DNA of 64,000 nt. Origin: an uncultured bacterium (lineage in GTDB: Bacteria > Zixibacteria > MSB-5A5 > GN15 > FEB-12). A model generated the notes under the pieces. It worked only from the letters and a program-made list of their open reading frames with translations. It did no database searches and was not told where the DNA came from. Where the stretch lies: the NCBI GenBank assembly GCA_965372795.1, contig CBDVDR010000009.1, positions 58,599 to 122,598 of the forward strand. Reading direction: 5' to 3'. The position numbers and the translations under genes are program-made. Below are positions 31,585 to 41,478 of this stretch, piece after piece; positions within the stretch are counted from its first letter, which is position 1, and each line of letters opens with the position of its first letter.

Positions 31585-31848
31585 TTACTTGTAATTTGAA
31601 ATTATGGCAAGATCGGGGCAATGAATCCAGCATATCGAACACTGGGTACAACTATCCGGTCGCGCCTGTACAGGTTTACCATCATGATCAGGTTCGAAAA
31701 CCTGAGTTGGGCATAGGGCGATGCAAAGATTACAGGCTTTGCACCATGACAAATTGATTTCCAAAGGTGCTGGACCATTGGAGTAATCATACTTGGATTT
31801 GACAGCCTTTTTTTCTTTTGAATCGTCTGTCATTTTTGACTCAGTCAT
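31585..31848 (-). CDS. korD: 2x[4Fe-4S] ferredoxin (delta subunit)
   Basis: CKACNLCIALCP and CTQCSICWIHCP. Confidence 0.9.
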   Translation of the reverse strand: MTESKMTDDSKEKKAVKSKYDYSNGPAPLEINLSWCKACNLCIALCPTQVFEPDHDGKPVQARPDSCTQCSICWIHCPDLAIISNYK

Positions 31849-31892
31849 TATTATCCTCGATGAATCTTATTTTAGTTTCTTATTTTCTATTA

Positions 31893-32819
31893 CTATACAG
31901 CAGCTTTCTTCTCTGCATTTATTCTCTTAATCAATTCTTTTGCGTTGCCGCCTTTTAAAAGCTCTTTCATCAAACCTGGAATCTCTGTCGGAGAACCCGC
32001 AACCGGAATACCAACTTTGTTTAAAGCAGCAATTTTATCTAAGGCCGTTCCGGTTCCACCAGAAATAATCGCACCGGCATGCCCCATACGTTTTCCGGGA
32101 GGAGCTGTTTGCCCGGCAATAAAACTAACAACCGGCTTGGTCAGTTTTTTCTTGATATATTTTGCGGCATCTTCTTCATCAGTGCCGCCGATTTCGCCAA
32201 GCATTACGATTCCTTTAGTCGATCTATCTGCTTCAAAAGCTTCCAAACAATCAATAAAGTTTGTTCCGATAACCTGATCGCCACCGATTCCAATACAAGT
32301 TGACTGTCCCATACCGGCACTGGTAAGCGCCCAAATCGCTTCATAGGTCAAGGTTCCTGATCGTGAGACAACTCCGATGTTGCCTTTTTTGACAATGCTT
32401 CCCGGCATAATCCCAACTTTTGATTCACCCGGACTAATTAATCCGGGACAGTTAGGACCGATCAAGCGAATACCCTTCTCTATTACGAGTGGGTAAACTT
32501 TCATCATCTCATTGGCAGGTACGCCCTCGGTGATACATACAATAGTCTTAATTCCAGCATCAATCGCTTCAAAAATAGCATCTATTGCAAACGGAGGAGG
32601 AACATAAATAACTGAAGTGTTGGCTTTGGTCTTTGCAACCGCATCTTCAACCGTATTATAGACCGAAATACCGGAGACTTTTGTACCGCCTTTACCCGGA
32701 GTCACTCCGGCAACAACGTTAGTTCCATAAGCTTTCATCTGTTCAGTATGGAATGAACCATCCCGACCGGTAATTCCCTGAACAATTAATTTTGTTCTTT
32801 TATTAATAAAAATCGACAT
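31893..32819 (-). CDS. sucD: Succinyl-CoA synthetase alpha subunit
   Basis: [27 protein letters not shown]. Confidence 0.97.
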   Translation of the reverse strand: MSIFINKRTKLIVQGITGRDGSFHTEQMKAYGTNVVAGVTPGKGGTKVSGISVYNTVEDAVAKTKANTSVIYVPPPFAIDAIFEAIDAGIKTIVCITEGVPANEMMKVYPLVIEKGIRLIGPNCPGLISPGESKVGIMPGSIVKKGNIGVVSRSGTLTYEAIWALTSAGMGQSTCIGIGGDQVIGTNFIDCLEAFEADRSTKGIVMLGEIGGTDEEDAAKYIKKKLTKPVVSFIAGQTAPPGKRMGHAGAIISGGTGTALDKIAALNKVGIPVAGSPTEIPGLMKELLKGGNAKELIKRINAEKKAAV

Positions 32820-32835
32820 CTAAATTATCCTCTCT

Positions 32836-33975
32836 TTATGCTTCAGAACCTGCAAGTTCTATAGCCTTCTTAACGACAGCATCAAGGGTATCGCCAAACG
32901 GCAGGTTTACAGATTTCAGAATTGTCTTAGCTTTGTCCGCATTGGTACCAGTCAAACGAACCACTACCGGCACGGTTGGATTCAGTTCTTTAAAAGCAGC
33001 AACAATACCGGTGGCAACATCATCACAACGGGTAATACCGCCGAAGATATTGATCAGGATTGCTTCTATTTTAGGATCAGAAAGAATAATTCGCATTGCC
33101 GTAACAACTTTTTGAGGATTTGACGAACCGCCGATATCAAGGAAGTTTGCCGGTTCACCGCCATACCGTTTTACCAGATCCATTGTTGCCATGGCAAGTC
33201 CGGCACCGTTTACGATACAACCGATATTACCATCAAGCTTAATAAATGATAAACCGTCATTACGAGCGGTTACTTCGCCCGCTTCTTCAGCATCCAAATC
33301 ACGCATTGCTTCAATATTTTTCTGACGATACAAAGCGTTGTCATCAATATTTAATTTGGCATCAATAGCGACAATGTCTCCGGCTGAATTAGAGATCAAC
33401 GGGTTTATTTCAACTAAGGAAGCATCTGCATCCCAGAATATTTTATAAAGTTTTAAAATTATATCAGTAGCTTTTCTAACTTGGCTTGGTTCACGATAAA
33501 GTTTGTAAGCTAAATTTCGAGCTTGAAAATTTTTCAATCCGAGTACCGGATCAACATAGAGTTTAAAAATTTTCTGAGGTGTTTTAGCGGCGACTTCTTC
33601 AATATCAATACCACCGGCTGGTGAAACCATAATCACCGGTTTTTTTGTAGCCCGATCCAATATTATTCCTACATACGATTCAGTAATAATATCTTCGGCT
33701 ACCGTGATTAAAACTTTTTTTACGGTTAAACCTTTGATTTCCATTCCAAGTATCTTCTGTGCTAATACCTTGGCAGCTTCCGGTGTTTCAGCATATTTAA
33801 TACCACCGGCTTTCCCTCGTCCGCCAACATGAACCTGAGATTTCACCATTACCGGCTTTCCATATTCTGTCGCGAGTCGATGGGCTTCCGGTGCTGTTGT
33901 AACTACTTCACCCGGAGGTACCGGAATACCGGCAGCTACAAAAATTTCTTTAGCTTGATACTCATGAACCTTCAT
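32836..33975 (-). CDS. sucC: Succinyl-CoA synthetase beta subunit
   Basis: HEYQAK, GGRGKAGG, NGAGLAMATMD, NIFGGITRCD. Confidence 0.97.
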   Translation of the reverse strand: MKVHEYQAKEIFVAAGIPVPPGEVVTTAPEAHRLATEYGKPVMVKSQVHVGGRGKAGGIKYAETPEAAKVLAQKILGMEIKGLTVKKVLITVAEDIITESYVGIILDRATKKPVIMVSPAGGIDIEEVAAKTPQKIFKLYVDPVLGLKNFQARNLAYKLYREPSQVRKATDIILKLYKIFWDADASLVEINPLISNSAGDIVAIDAKLNIDDNALYRQKNIEAMRDLDAEEAGEVTARNDGLSFIKLDGNIGCIVNGAGLAMATMDLVKRYGGEPANFLDIGGSSNPQKVVTAMRIILSDPKIEAILINIFGGITRCDDVATGIVAAFKELNPTVPVVVRLTGTNADKAKTILKSVNLPFGDTLDAVVKKAIELAGSEA

Positions 33976-35345
33976 ATCAACTGTCCCTTATCATTATTAT
34001 AATTTAAATATTCTTTTGCATATTTTTCTAAAATTTCCGCTTGATTGTCAGATGGATCATCAAGGACTTTTTCCATCAAATACTCAAGAACCTCTCCAAT
34101 AACCGGACCCGGTTCAAGCGAAAACAATTCCATAATTCTAACTCCGTTAATCTCCAGATCAGATAATCCGAAGGGAGGTTTCTTAGCTATTTCATCACGT
34201 ATCCGTTTTTCAAAAACATCAACATCATCCGTATTACCACCCATCCCCTGAGCAATCACATCAGCCCGGCGGAGATCTAAGAGATCAAAAATCAAATCTA
34301 ATCCGGTTTTTCGAATCAAGCGACGCATCCCTTTATCTGACACCTCAGTCGTGAACATATGCCGTTCGACTAAAACTTGAACTTCATTGATAAAATCATT
34401 TGAATAACGAAGTCGTCGTAATACTTTTTTTGCGGTTCGGGCGCCAACTGACTCATGGCCATAAAAAGTAGCACCCTTTTCGACAATTCTTTTGCATTGC
34501 GGTTTATTTATATCATGAAACATCGCCGCCATACGAATTCGTAAACGAGCCGGACAGGCATCAATAATTCGAAGCGAATGCTCATAGACATCATAAGCAT
34601 GGTATCCTCCCGGTTGATCAACCCCGATACATTCAGCCAGTTCGGGAAGAACCTCTTTTAAAAGTCCGGTTGATTCCATCACTCTGAATCCATCCGATGG
34701 ATTTTGAGATAGAGCCAATAATTTACTTAACTCTTCATTGATTCTTTCCGGTGAAACCGAATTTATCAACGAAGCATTTTCCCGCATCAACCGGAAAGTT
34801 TCCGGTTCAATCATAAATTTGAATCTGGCTGAAAACTGCACCGCACGCAACATCCGAAGCGGATCATCTTTAAAAGATTCCTGATATACTATTTTAAGCT
34901 GTTTTTTCTCAAGATCAATCATTCCATCCAGCGGATCGATCAATTCATTACTTCCCAGTTCAACCGCCATAGCGTTGATAGTGAAATCACGGCGAGCCAG
35001 GTCTTCTTCAACGTTCAGCTGTGGATCAAACGAGACGTTAAAATCTTTATGCCCTATTCCGGTTGAAAACTCTTTTCGAGGCAAAGCGATATCAAAAGTG
35101 TGCTGGGAATTGCTTTTATACTGCGTAAATTTTATCACTCCAAAACTTTGTCCAACCAGATCAATTTTCCCAAACGGTTTTAAAAGCTTCGTTAATTCTT
35201 TGTAGGAAATTCCGGTTACCAGATAGTCGTAGTCTTTGATTGATGCAGCATCGCCCAAATATTTATCTCTCACTGCACCGCCGACTTCATATATCTTACC
35301 ATTCTTCAATATGGCGTCGACTGCATCTTTAGAAAGTCTGCACAT
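33972..35345 (-). CDS. cca: CCA tRNA nucleotidyltransferase with HD domain
   Basis: VGGAVRD, DYD, RRDFTINA, DDPLRMLR, H...HD; likely start 35345. Confidence 0.88.
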   Translation of the reverse strand: MCRLSKDAVDAILKNGKIYEVGGAVRDKYLGDAASIKDYDYLVTGISYKELTKLLKPFGKIDLVGQSFGVIKFTQYKSNSQHTFDIALPRKEFSTGIGHKDFNVSFDPQLNVEEDLARRDFTINAMAVELGSNELIDPLDGMIDLEKKQLKIVYQESFKDDPLRMLRAVQFSARFKFMIEPETFRLMRENASLINSVSPERINEELSKLLALSQNPSDGFRVMESTGLLKEVLPELAECIGVDQPGGYHAYDVYEHSLRIIDACPARLRIRMAAMFHDINKPQCKRIVEKGATFYGHESVGARTAKKVLRRLRYSNDFINEVQVLVERHMFTTEVSDKGMRRLIRKTGLDLIFDLLDLRRADVIAQGMGGNTDDVDVFEKRIRDEIAKKPPFGLSDLEINGVRIMELFSLEPGPVIGEVLEYLMEKVLDDPSDNQAEILEKYAKEYLNYNNDKGQLI

Positions 35346-35346
35346 G

Positions 35347-36297
35347 TTAATCCGGTATAATTCTTGTTCCAGCATTGCCATCAATTGCCGAAGAGGCATT
35401 CTCCAAAGAGGTTATCGTTACCAGTTCGCCACCGCTTTCAAGAAAGCTAATCGCTGCCTTAATTTTTGGTCCCATCGACCCGGGCGGAAAATGACCATCT
35501 TCAACATATTTCTTTATTTCCGAAAGTTTTATTTCACCTAAATCTTTTTGATTTGGCTGACCGAAGTTTATCGAGACTTTATCAACTGATGTCAAAATTG
35601 ATAAAATTTCCGCATTTATTTCATTGGCTATCACAGCCGAAGCATAATCTTTATCTATAACAGCATCAATTCCTTCATAATCTCCATTATCTTTGATATA
35701 AACAGGTATGCCACCCCCGCCGCCGGCAATAACAATTGCTCCATAGTCAATCAGATGCTTAATCATCTCCGCTTCAACTGCTTTTATCGGTTTAGGCGAA
35801 GGAACCACCCGCCGCCAACCTCGATCAGCATCTTTCCTCATCGCCCATCCCCGGGTTTCAGAAAAAATGCCGGCTTCCTTCTCAGTATAAAACTGGCCGA
35901 TAAATTTTGTAGGATTTTCAATCGCCGGATCATTTTTATCAACGACCATTTGAGTTATAACAGTAATTACAGAACGATCTATCTTTTCTTTTTTTAGACG
36001 GTTTTGTAATGACTGCTCAATCATATAACCCATCCCGCCTTCAGTATTAGCAACCAATACACCCAGCGGAAGGATCGGAGTTTTTCCACGCGAAATTTCA
36101 TTACGCAATAAAGCATCTCCAACTTGAGGACCATTTCCATGTGAAACAACCAGATTATAGCCGTTTCTGATCAGACCAATAATTCCATCAAGTGACTTAC
36201 GGGTATTTGCAAATTGGTTGGCAATCGTATCTTCCTGATCAGATCGGGTTATGGCATTGCCACCAAGTGCTATCACAGCTGTTTTTTTATTACCCAT
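35347..36297 (-). CDS. arcC: Carbamate kinase
   Basis: ALGGNA, HGNGPQVG, WRRVVPSP, AVIDKD, GSMGPK. Confidence 0.96.
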   Translation of the reverse strand: MGNKKTAVIALGGNAITRSDQEDTIANQFANTRKSLDGIIGLIRNGYNLVVSHGNGPQVGDALLRNEISRGKTPILPLGVLVANTEGGMGYMIEQSLQNRLKKEKIDRSVITVITQMVVDKNDPAIENPTKFIGQFYTEKEAGIFSETRGWAMRKDADRGWRRVVPSPKPIKAVEAEMIKHLIDYGAIVIAGGGGGIPVYIKDNGDYEGIDAVIDKDYASAVIANEINAEILSILTSVDKVSINFGQPNQKDLGEIKLSEIKKYVEDGHFPPGSMGPKIKAAISFLESGGELVTITSLENASSAIDGNAGTRIIPD

Positions 36298-36310
36298 ATT
36301 CTTTTCTAAA

Positions 36311-36342
36311 ATAAAATAAGGGTCGGAATAATCCGACCCTTA
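36311..36342 (-). terminator. Hairpin/terminator between the arcE-like gene and arcC
   Basis: TAAGGGTCGGA/TCCGACCCTTA 11-bp stem followed by TTTTATTTT on the minus strand. Confidence 0.65.
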
Positions 36343-36351
36343 ATTGTTCTT

Positions 36352-37701
36352 TTATTTTTTCTTCGCAGCCTTTTTCGCTTTAGGTTTACTGAAGAAATCT
36401 CCAATCAATGAACCAAGTTCCGGAGAACCGATTTCCTGAAGACTGTAGAAAACACGAACGTTTTTCTTTTTAATTTTCAAGATACGGCTTAAATCAATCG
36501 GAGTTGCAATTATAACTAAATCGCATTTAGTACGGTTGATTGTTGTTTCAAGGTCTTTAATCTGCTGGTTGCCATATCCCATAGCCGGTAAAAGAACACC
36601 GATATCAGGATATTTCTCAAAAGTTTTGGTTATCGACTTAACTGTGTAAGGACGAGGGTCAACCAGTTCGGCGGCACCGTATTTCATAGCTGCAACAACA
36701 CCGGCACCATAAGGCATTTCACCATGAGTCAAAGTCGGACCGTCTTCTACGACCAGCACTTTTTTACCGCGAATAAGTTCCGGCTTGTCAACCAGAACCG
36801 GCGAGGCGGCTTCTACAACCACAGCATTTGGATTATATGTTGCAATATTTTCTCTTACTTCAGCAATACTATCATTATCAGCAGAATCAATTTTGTTAAT
36901 AACAATGATGTCAGCTAACAGCAAATTATTCTGTCCCGGATAATAACTAATTTCATGACCCGGACGATGAGGATCAACAACTGTTATCATCAGGTCAGGT
37001 TTGTAGAATGACATATCATTGTTTCCGCCATCCCATAAAATCACATCAGCTTCTTTTTCAGCTTCACGAATAATCATTTCATAATCAACACCGGCATAAA
37101 CAACAATACCGTTAACGATATGAGGTTCGTATTCTTCACGTTCTTCAATCGTGCATTTGTGCTTATCAAGATCTTTCAAAGTTGCAAAACGCTGGCAAGC
37201 CTGTTTGGCAAGATCACCATAAGGCATAGGGTGACGAATTGCGACAACCCTCTTACCCATTTCCTGCAGGACTTGAGCAACCCGGCGAGTAGTTTGAGAT
37301 TTTCCACATCCGGTACGAGTGGCGCAAACAGCAATAACCGGCTTGGTTGATTTAATCATGGTTGGGTCTCCGCCTTCAACTGCAAATCGTGCTCCGGCAG
37401 ACATTACCATAGCGGCTTTTTCCATGATGTACTGATATGGAACATCAGAGTATGAGAATATAACTTCGTCAATATCATGTTTTTTAATCAGCTCAAGCAG
37501 CTTCTCTTCGTCATAAATCGGAATCCCTTTTGGATACAATTTACCGGCAAGAGCGGCAGGATATTTACGACCGTCAATATCAGGAATCTGGGTAGCGGTA
37601 AAAGCTACGATTTCGACATCAGCATTGTTGCGATACAGAACGTTGAAATTATGAAAGTCACGCCCGGCAGCGCCCATGATAATTATTTTTTTCTTAGCCA
37701 T
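36352..37701 (-). CDS. arcE: Cyclic 2,3-diphosphoglycerate synthetase-family P-loop enzyme, probable arginine synthetase ArcE
   Basis: GAAGRDFHNFN, ATQIP, RTGCGKS, RHPMPYG, IEEREEYE, WDGGNND, EDGPTLTHG; adjacent to arcC. Confidence 0.75.
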   Translation of the reverse strand: MAKKKIIIMGAAGRDFHNFNVLYRNNADVEIVAFTATQIPDIDGRKYPAALAGKLYPKGIPIYDEEKLLELIKKHDIDEVIFSYSDVPYQYIMEKAAMVMSAGARFAVEGGDPTMIKSTKPVIAVCATRTGCGKSQTTRRVAQVLQEMGKRVVAIRHPMPYGDLAKQACQRFATLKDLDKHKCTIEEREEYEPHIVNGIVVYAGVDYEMIIREAEKEADVILWDGGNNDMSFYKPDLMITVVDPHRPGHEISYYPGQNNLLLADIIVINKIDSADNDSIAEVRENIATYNPNAVVVEAASPVLVDKPELIRGKKVLVVEDGPTLTHGEMPYGAGVVAAMKYGAAELVDPRPYTVKSITKTFEKYPDIGVLLPAMGYGNQQIKDLETTINRTKCDLVIIATPIDLSRILKIKKKNVRVFYSLQEIGSPELGSLIGDFFSKPKAKKAAKKK

Positions 37702-37874
37702 TTATAAACTCCATTAAATAAATTTCATTTTTAAATTAACACAATCAACTATCTACTATATCCCTATCACTTAGATAGAGGATGCTTGCCAGATAAACAA
37801 GATCAGGTATAAAACTAAATAACCTGAATGATGAGAATCTATATATTTACAACGTGTCAATTTAATACCTCAAA

Positions 37875-39368
37875 TTATTGGTTGTCGATCTGGGGTCTTT
37901 GCAAAGAACCGGAGAAATCAACATAAACTGATTTCCATTCGCTGAACACATCAAGAGCCGCCGTGGCAGCTTCACGGTGTCCGTTGCCGGTCTCTTTAGT
38001 TCCGCCAAATGGCAGATGAGTCTCGGCTCCGATTGTTGGAGCGTTGACATAAAAGATTCCGGTATTCACATCACGCATAGCCCTGTATGCCTGATTAACA
38101 TCCTGTGTATAAATAGAAGCAGACAAACCGTAAGGTGTATCATTAGCCATTTCAATCGCCTGATCCAAATTATCAAAAGAACCAATTCCAAGTACCGGTC
38201 CGAAAATTTCTTCTTTCCAGATCCGCATATCCTGAGTCACTTCACTAAAGATAGTCGGCTGAGCAAAGAATCCTTTATCATAATCACCACCGGTTAATCT
38301 TTCACCGCCGGTAACAAGTTTCGCGCCTTCGTTCTTACCAATTTCGATATATTTCAAAACCGTATCAAGCTGACCCTGGTTGATTGATGGTCCCATCTGA
38401 ACTGATGGATCAAGACCGTTACCAACTTTCAAACTGGCTACTCTCTCTGCCAAACGTTTTGTCATCTCACCAACAACATCCTTGTGGCAAATCAAACGAC
38501 TGGTAGCGGTACAACGCTGACCGGTAGTTCCAAAGGCACCCCAAAGTGCGCCTTCAATCGCCAATTCAAGATTCGCATCTTCCATAACAATCTGTACATT
38601 CTTCCCGCCCATTTCCAGACAGGCATGTTTGAATGTAGTAGCACAGGCTTCGGAAACTTTACGACCGACATCGGTTGAACCGGTGAATGAAACAATCTTA
38701 ACATTAGGATTTTTAATGATCGGTTCACCAAGCACACTGCCTGAGCCGGTTACCATATTGATTACGCCCGGAGGTATGCCTTCTTCTTCACAGGCTTTCA
38801 TTAGATTAACAACTGAAAGAGGAGTATCTGTAGCTGGTTTGATGACAATTGTGTTACCACAAATCAAAGCCGGCATCATTTTCCAGGCTGGAATAGCCAT
38901 CGGGAAATTCCATGGTGTAATAAAAGATGCTACCCCTAAAGGCTGACGGATGGTCATGTTGAATTTATTTTCCATCTCTGACGGTGTTGTCATTCCAAAC
39001 AGACGACGACCTTCACCAGCCATGTAAAAAGTCATGTCAATGGCTTCTTGTACATCACCGCGAGTTTCATTCAATACTTTACCCATCTCACGAGTCATGT
39101 CGCTGGAATGCTCTTCTTTTTTCGACCATAACCTTGAAGCTATGCGATAAAGAATCTCACCCCGTTTTGGTGCCGGGACTAAACGCCACTTTTTGTAGGC
39201 TTCAGATGCTGCATCTATTGCATTTTTAATATCTTCTGCATTAGATTTTTGAAAAACACCAACGACTTCATCGGTATTGGCAGGATTTATATTTTCGTAG
39301 GTCTCACCTGATTTTGAACTTACCCATTCGCCGTTAATAAAATTTTTAAATACCTTCGAATCACTCAT
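37875..39368 (-). CDS. NAD(P)-dependent aldehyde dehydrogenase
   Basis: PWNFP, FTGST, LEMGGKN, GQRCT, EEIFGP. Confidence 0.95.
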   Translation of the reverse strand: MSDSKVFKNFINGEWVSSKSGETYENINPANTDEVVGVFQKSNAEDIKNAIDAASEAYKKWRLVPAPKRGEILYRIASRLWSKKEEHSSDMTREMGKVLNETRGDVQEAIDMTFYMAGEGRRLFGMTTPSEMENKFNMTIRQPLGVASFITPWNFPMAIPAWKMMPALICGNTIVIKPATDTPLSVVNLMKACEEEGIPPGVINMVTGSGSVLGEPIIKNPNVKIVSFTGSTDVGRKVSEACATTFKHACLEMGGKNVQIVMEDANLELAIEGALWGAFGTTGQRCTATSRLICHKDVVGEMTKRLAERVASLKVGNGLDPSVQMGPSINQGQLDTVLKYIEIGKNEGAKLVTGGERLTGGDYDKGFFAQPTIFSEVTQDMRIWKEEIFGPVLGIGSFDNLDQAIEMANDTPYGLSASIYTQDVNQAYRAMRDVNTGIFYVNAPTIGAETHLPFGGTKETGNGHREAATAALDVFSEWKSVYVDFSGSLQRPQIDNQ

Positions 39369-39425
39369 TTCTAATCTCCGCTATCTTCAAATAATTCTTT
39401 TACTTCCATCAATATTTCTTATCTT

Positions 39426-39489
39426 TTGTGAATATATTCACACCCAAAAAACAATAGGGCAAATATAGTTTTTAGTTTAATATTGTCAA
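39426..39489 (-). promoter_or_regulatory. Sigma70 promoter plus Rex-like operator (39426-39443) for the aldehyde dehydrogenase
   Basis: TTGACA-16-TATATT; palindrome TTGTGAA-TATA-TTCACAC, one mismatch from the Rex consensus. Confidence 0.65.
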
Positions 39490-39706
39490 CCGATTTTAAA
39501 GTGAATACAAAAGTTTTTTCCTTTGTCGTTCAAAGAGTTACGGTCGACTCAAGACATTTCCAGATTAGAGTTATCTTATTTACGAGTAAATGGTCACTAA
39601 CCAGTAGCCATTTTGAGAAAACAAAATTCAATATTTTTAAAAATACTTTTTGACTTTTCCATGGGGCTGTACGTAAATACATATAGAACAACTCTTTAGG
39701 AGAACT

Positions 39707-40324
39707 ATGCTTTCAATATTATTGACTTCGTTACTTAGCCTGCCGTTATACCCGCTAAATCCAATTGTACAGGATACGGTAAATCTTACAAATATGCATA
39801 TTGCGGCTGGATTTAATGGTCCTAATCAAGTTATTACCGCCGGTCCGGAATTGTCATTAAAATACGAAGTTTTATTTTCTCATCCCTTCGTATTTAGAGC
39901 TGCTGTTGATTATAATTATGGAAGCATCAATTCTAAATTATACCCTTATGGTAAAATTCATTCTATTACACCCTCAATTGAAGCATTTGTATATCGCGGC
40001 ACAGATAAACTTACCGGATATCTGGGCATAGGAATTGTATATACTTACACTAATTTTAAGTTAAGTCCCCGGTCTGCTGATTCATTGAAACAAAATCATT
40101 CGATTACCAGTGTCAGAATAAAAAATGCCCCCGGTTACCGATTATCTCTGGGTCTTAGAATTCGTAAAAGTTATTCTATGGAAATGGGGATTACTGAAAT
40201 AAAGCCGGACTTTATTTTTGTAACAAAGTTATCTGAAACATCTTATTCTGAAAAATTACGAAAATCAAGAATAAGTGATGTTCGTTTTACCCTGGGATAT
40301 TTATTGCCTATTAAAATATTCTGA
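39707..40324 (+). CDS. Putative small outer-membrane beta-barrel protein
   Basis: AGGAG RBS, alternating strands, GYLGIGIVY, C-terminal RFTLGY. Confidence 0.55.
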   Translation: MLSILLTSLLSLPLYPLNPIVQDTVNLTNMHIAAGFNGPNQVITAGPELSLKYEVLFSHPFVFRAAVDYNYGSINSKLYPYGKIHSITPSIEAFVYRGTDKLTGYLGIGIVYTYTNFKLSPRSADSLKQNHSITSVRIKNAPGYRLSLGLRIRKSYSMEMGITEIKPDFIFVTKLSETSYSEKLRKSRISDVRFTLGYLLPIKIF

Positions 40325-40326
40325 TT

Positions 40327-41466
40327 TTACTTGGCTTTACTTTGATATAGCTCAAGAAATTCTTTACGAAATTCAGTAAATCGATTCTCTTCAATTGAAG
40401 TTCTAATATTTTTCATCAAATTTTGAAAGAAATAAGTCGAATGATATGACGCTAATACGATTCCGGTTATCTCCGATTGATTATACAGATGTCTTATATA
40501 CGCCCGACTGTATCGGCTGCAAACTTTACAATCACAGTTCGGATCAAGCGGACCCTCATCATTGGCATACTCGGCATTGCGGTATACAATCTGACCTTCC
40601 GAGGTAAAAACATTCCCCGTTCGGGCATTTCTGGTTGGCAAAACACAATCAAACATATCAATCCCATAAGAGACCGACATAAATAAATCCTCGGGATACC
40701 CAACCCCCATCAGATAACGCGGTTTATCTTCCGGCAAATACTGAATTGTATGAGCAAGCATTTCTTCCATCTCATCTTTTGATTCCCCTACTGATAATCC
40801 ACCGATGGCATTGCCGGGAAAATCAAGCGACACGATCTGTTCCGCAGAAATCGTACGCATCTCTTTATAAGTCGACCCCTGAACAATCCCGAACAGATTT
40901 AAATCTGTATTATTTTCTTCGTTAAGTTCATTATGTTTTTCAAGGCATATCTTCGCCCAGTCATAAGTCCGATTAACTCCCTGCATCGCCAGTTCTTTAT
41001 CAGCCGGATATGGTACGCACTGATCAAACGCCATAATTATATCGGCGCCGATTTCATGTTGAATCTCCATTACTTTTGCAGGAGTAAACATATGCCGCGA
41101 ACCATCTATATGTGATTGAAACTCCACCCCTTTATCACTGATCTTTGAAATATCTTTTAATGAGAAAACCTGAAAGCCGCCACTATCAGTTAAGGTCGGT
41201 TTATTCCAGCCGTTAAAAGATGCCAAGCCGCCCTGATCTTTTATAATTTTTGTACCGGGTCTCAAATAAAGATGGTAAGTATTACCTAAAATAATTTCCA
41301 CTCCGCATTCATCAAGATCATGCGAGGTTAAAGCTTTAACAGCCCCCGAGGTTCCCACCGGCATAAACGCCGGAGTTTGAAATTTCCCGTGTGAAGTTAT
41401 TACTTCCCCTCTGCGGGCGGAGTTATCTGAATTAATAGGTGAATATATTTTCTTAAGCTGAGTCAT
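40327..41466 (-). CDS. tgt: Queuine tRNA-ribosyltransferase
   Basis: FMPVGT, NTYHLYLRPG, TDSGGFQVFSL, DMFDCVLPTRNAR, CDCKVC zinc site. Confidence 0.97.
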   Translation of the reverse strand: MTQLKKIYSPINSDNSARRGEVITSHGKFQTPAFMPVGTSGAVKALTSHDLDECGVEIILGNTYHLYLRPGTKIIKDQGGLASFNGWNKPTLTDSGGFQVFSLKDISKISDKGVEFQSHIDGSRHMFTPAKVMEIQHEIGADIIMAFDQCVPYPADKELAMQGVNRTYDWAKICLEKHNELNEENNTDLNLFGIVQGSTYKEMRTISAEQIVSLDFPGNAIGGLSVGESKDEMEEMLAHTIQYLPEDKPRYLMGVGYPEDLFMSVSYGIDMFDCVLPTRNARTGNVFTSEGQIVYRNAEYANDEGPLDPNCDCKVCSRYSRAYIRHLYNQSEITGIVLASYHSTYFFQNLMKNIRTSIEENRFTEFRKEFLELYQSKAK

Positions 41467-41478
41467 GTGATAATCTAT

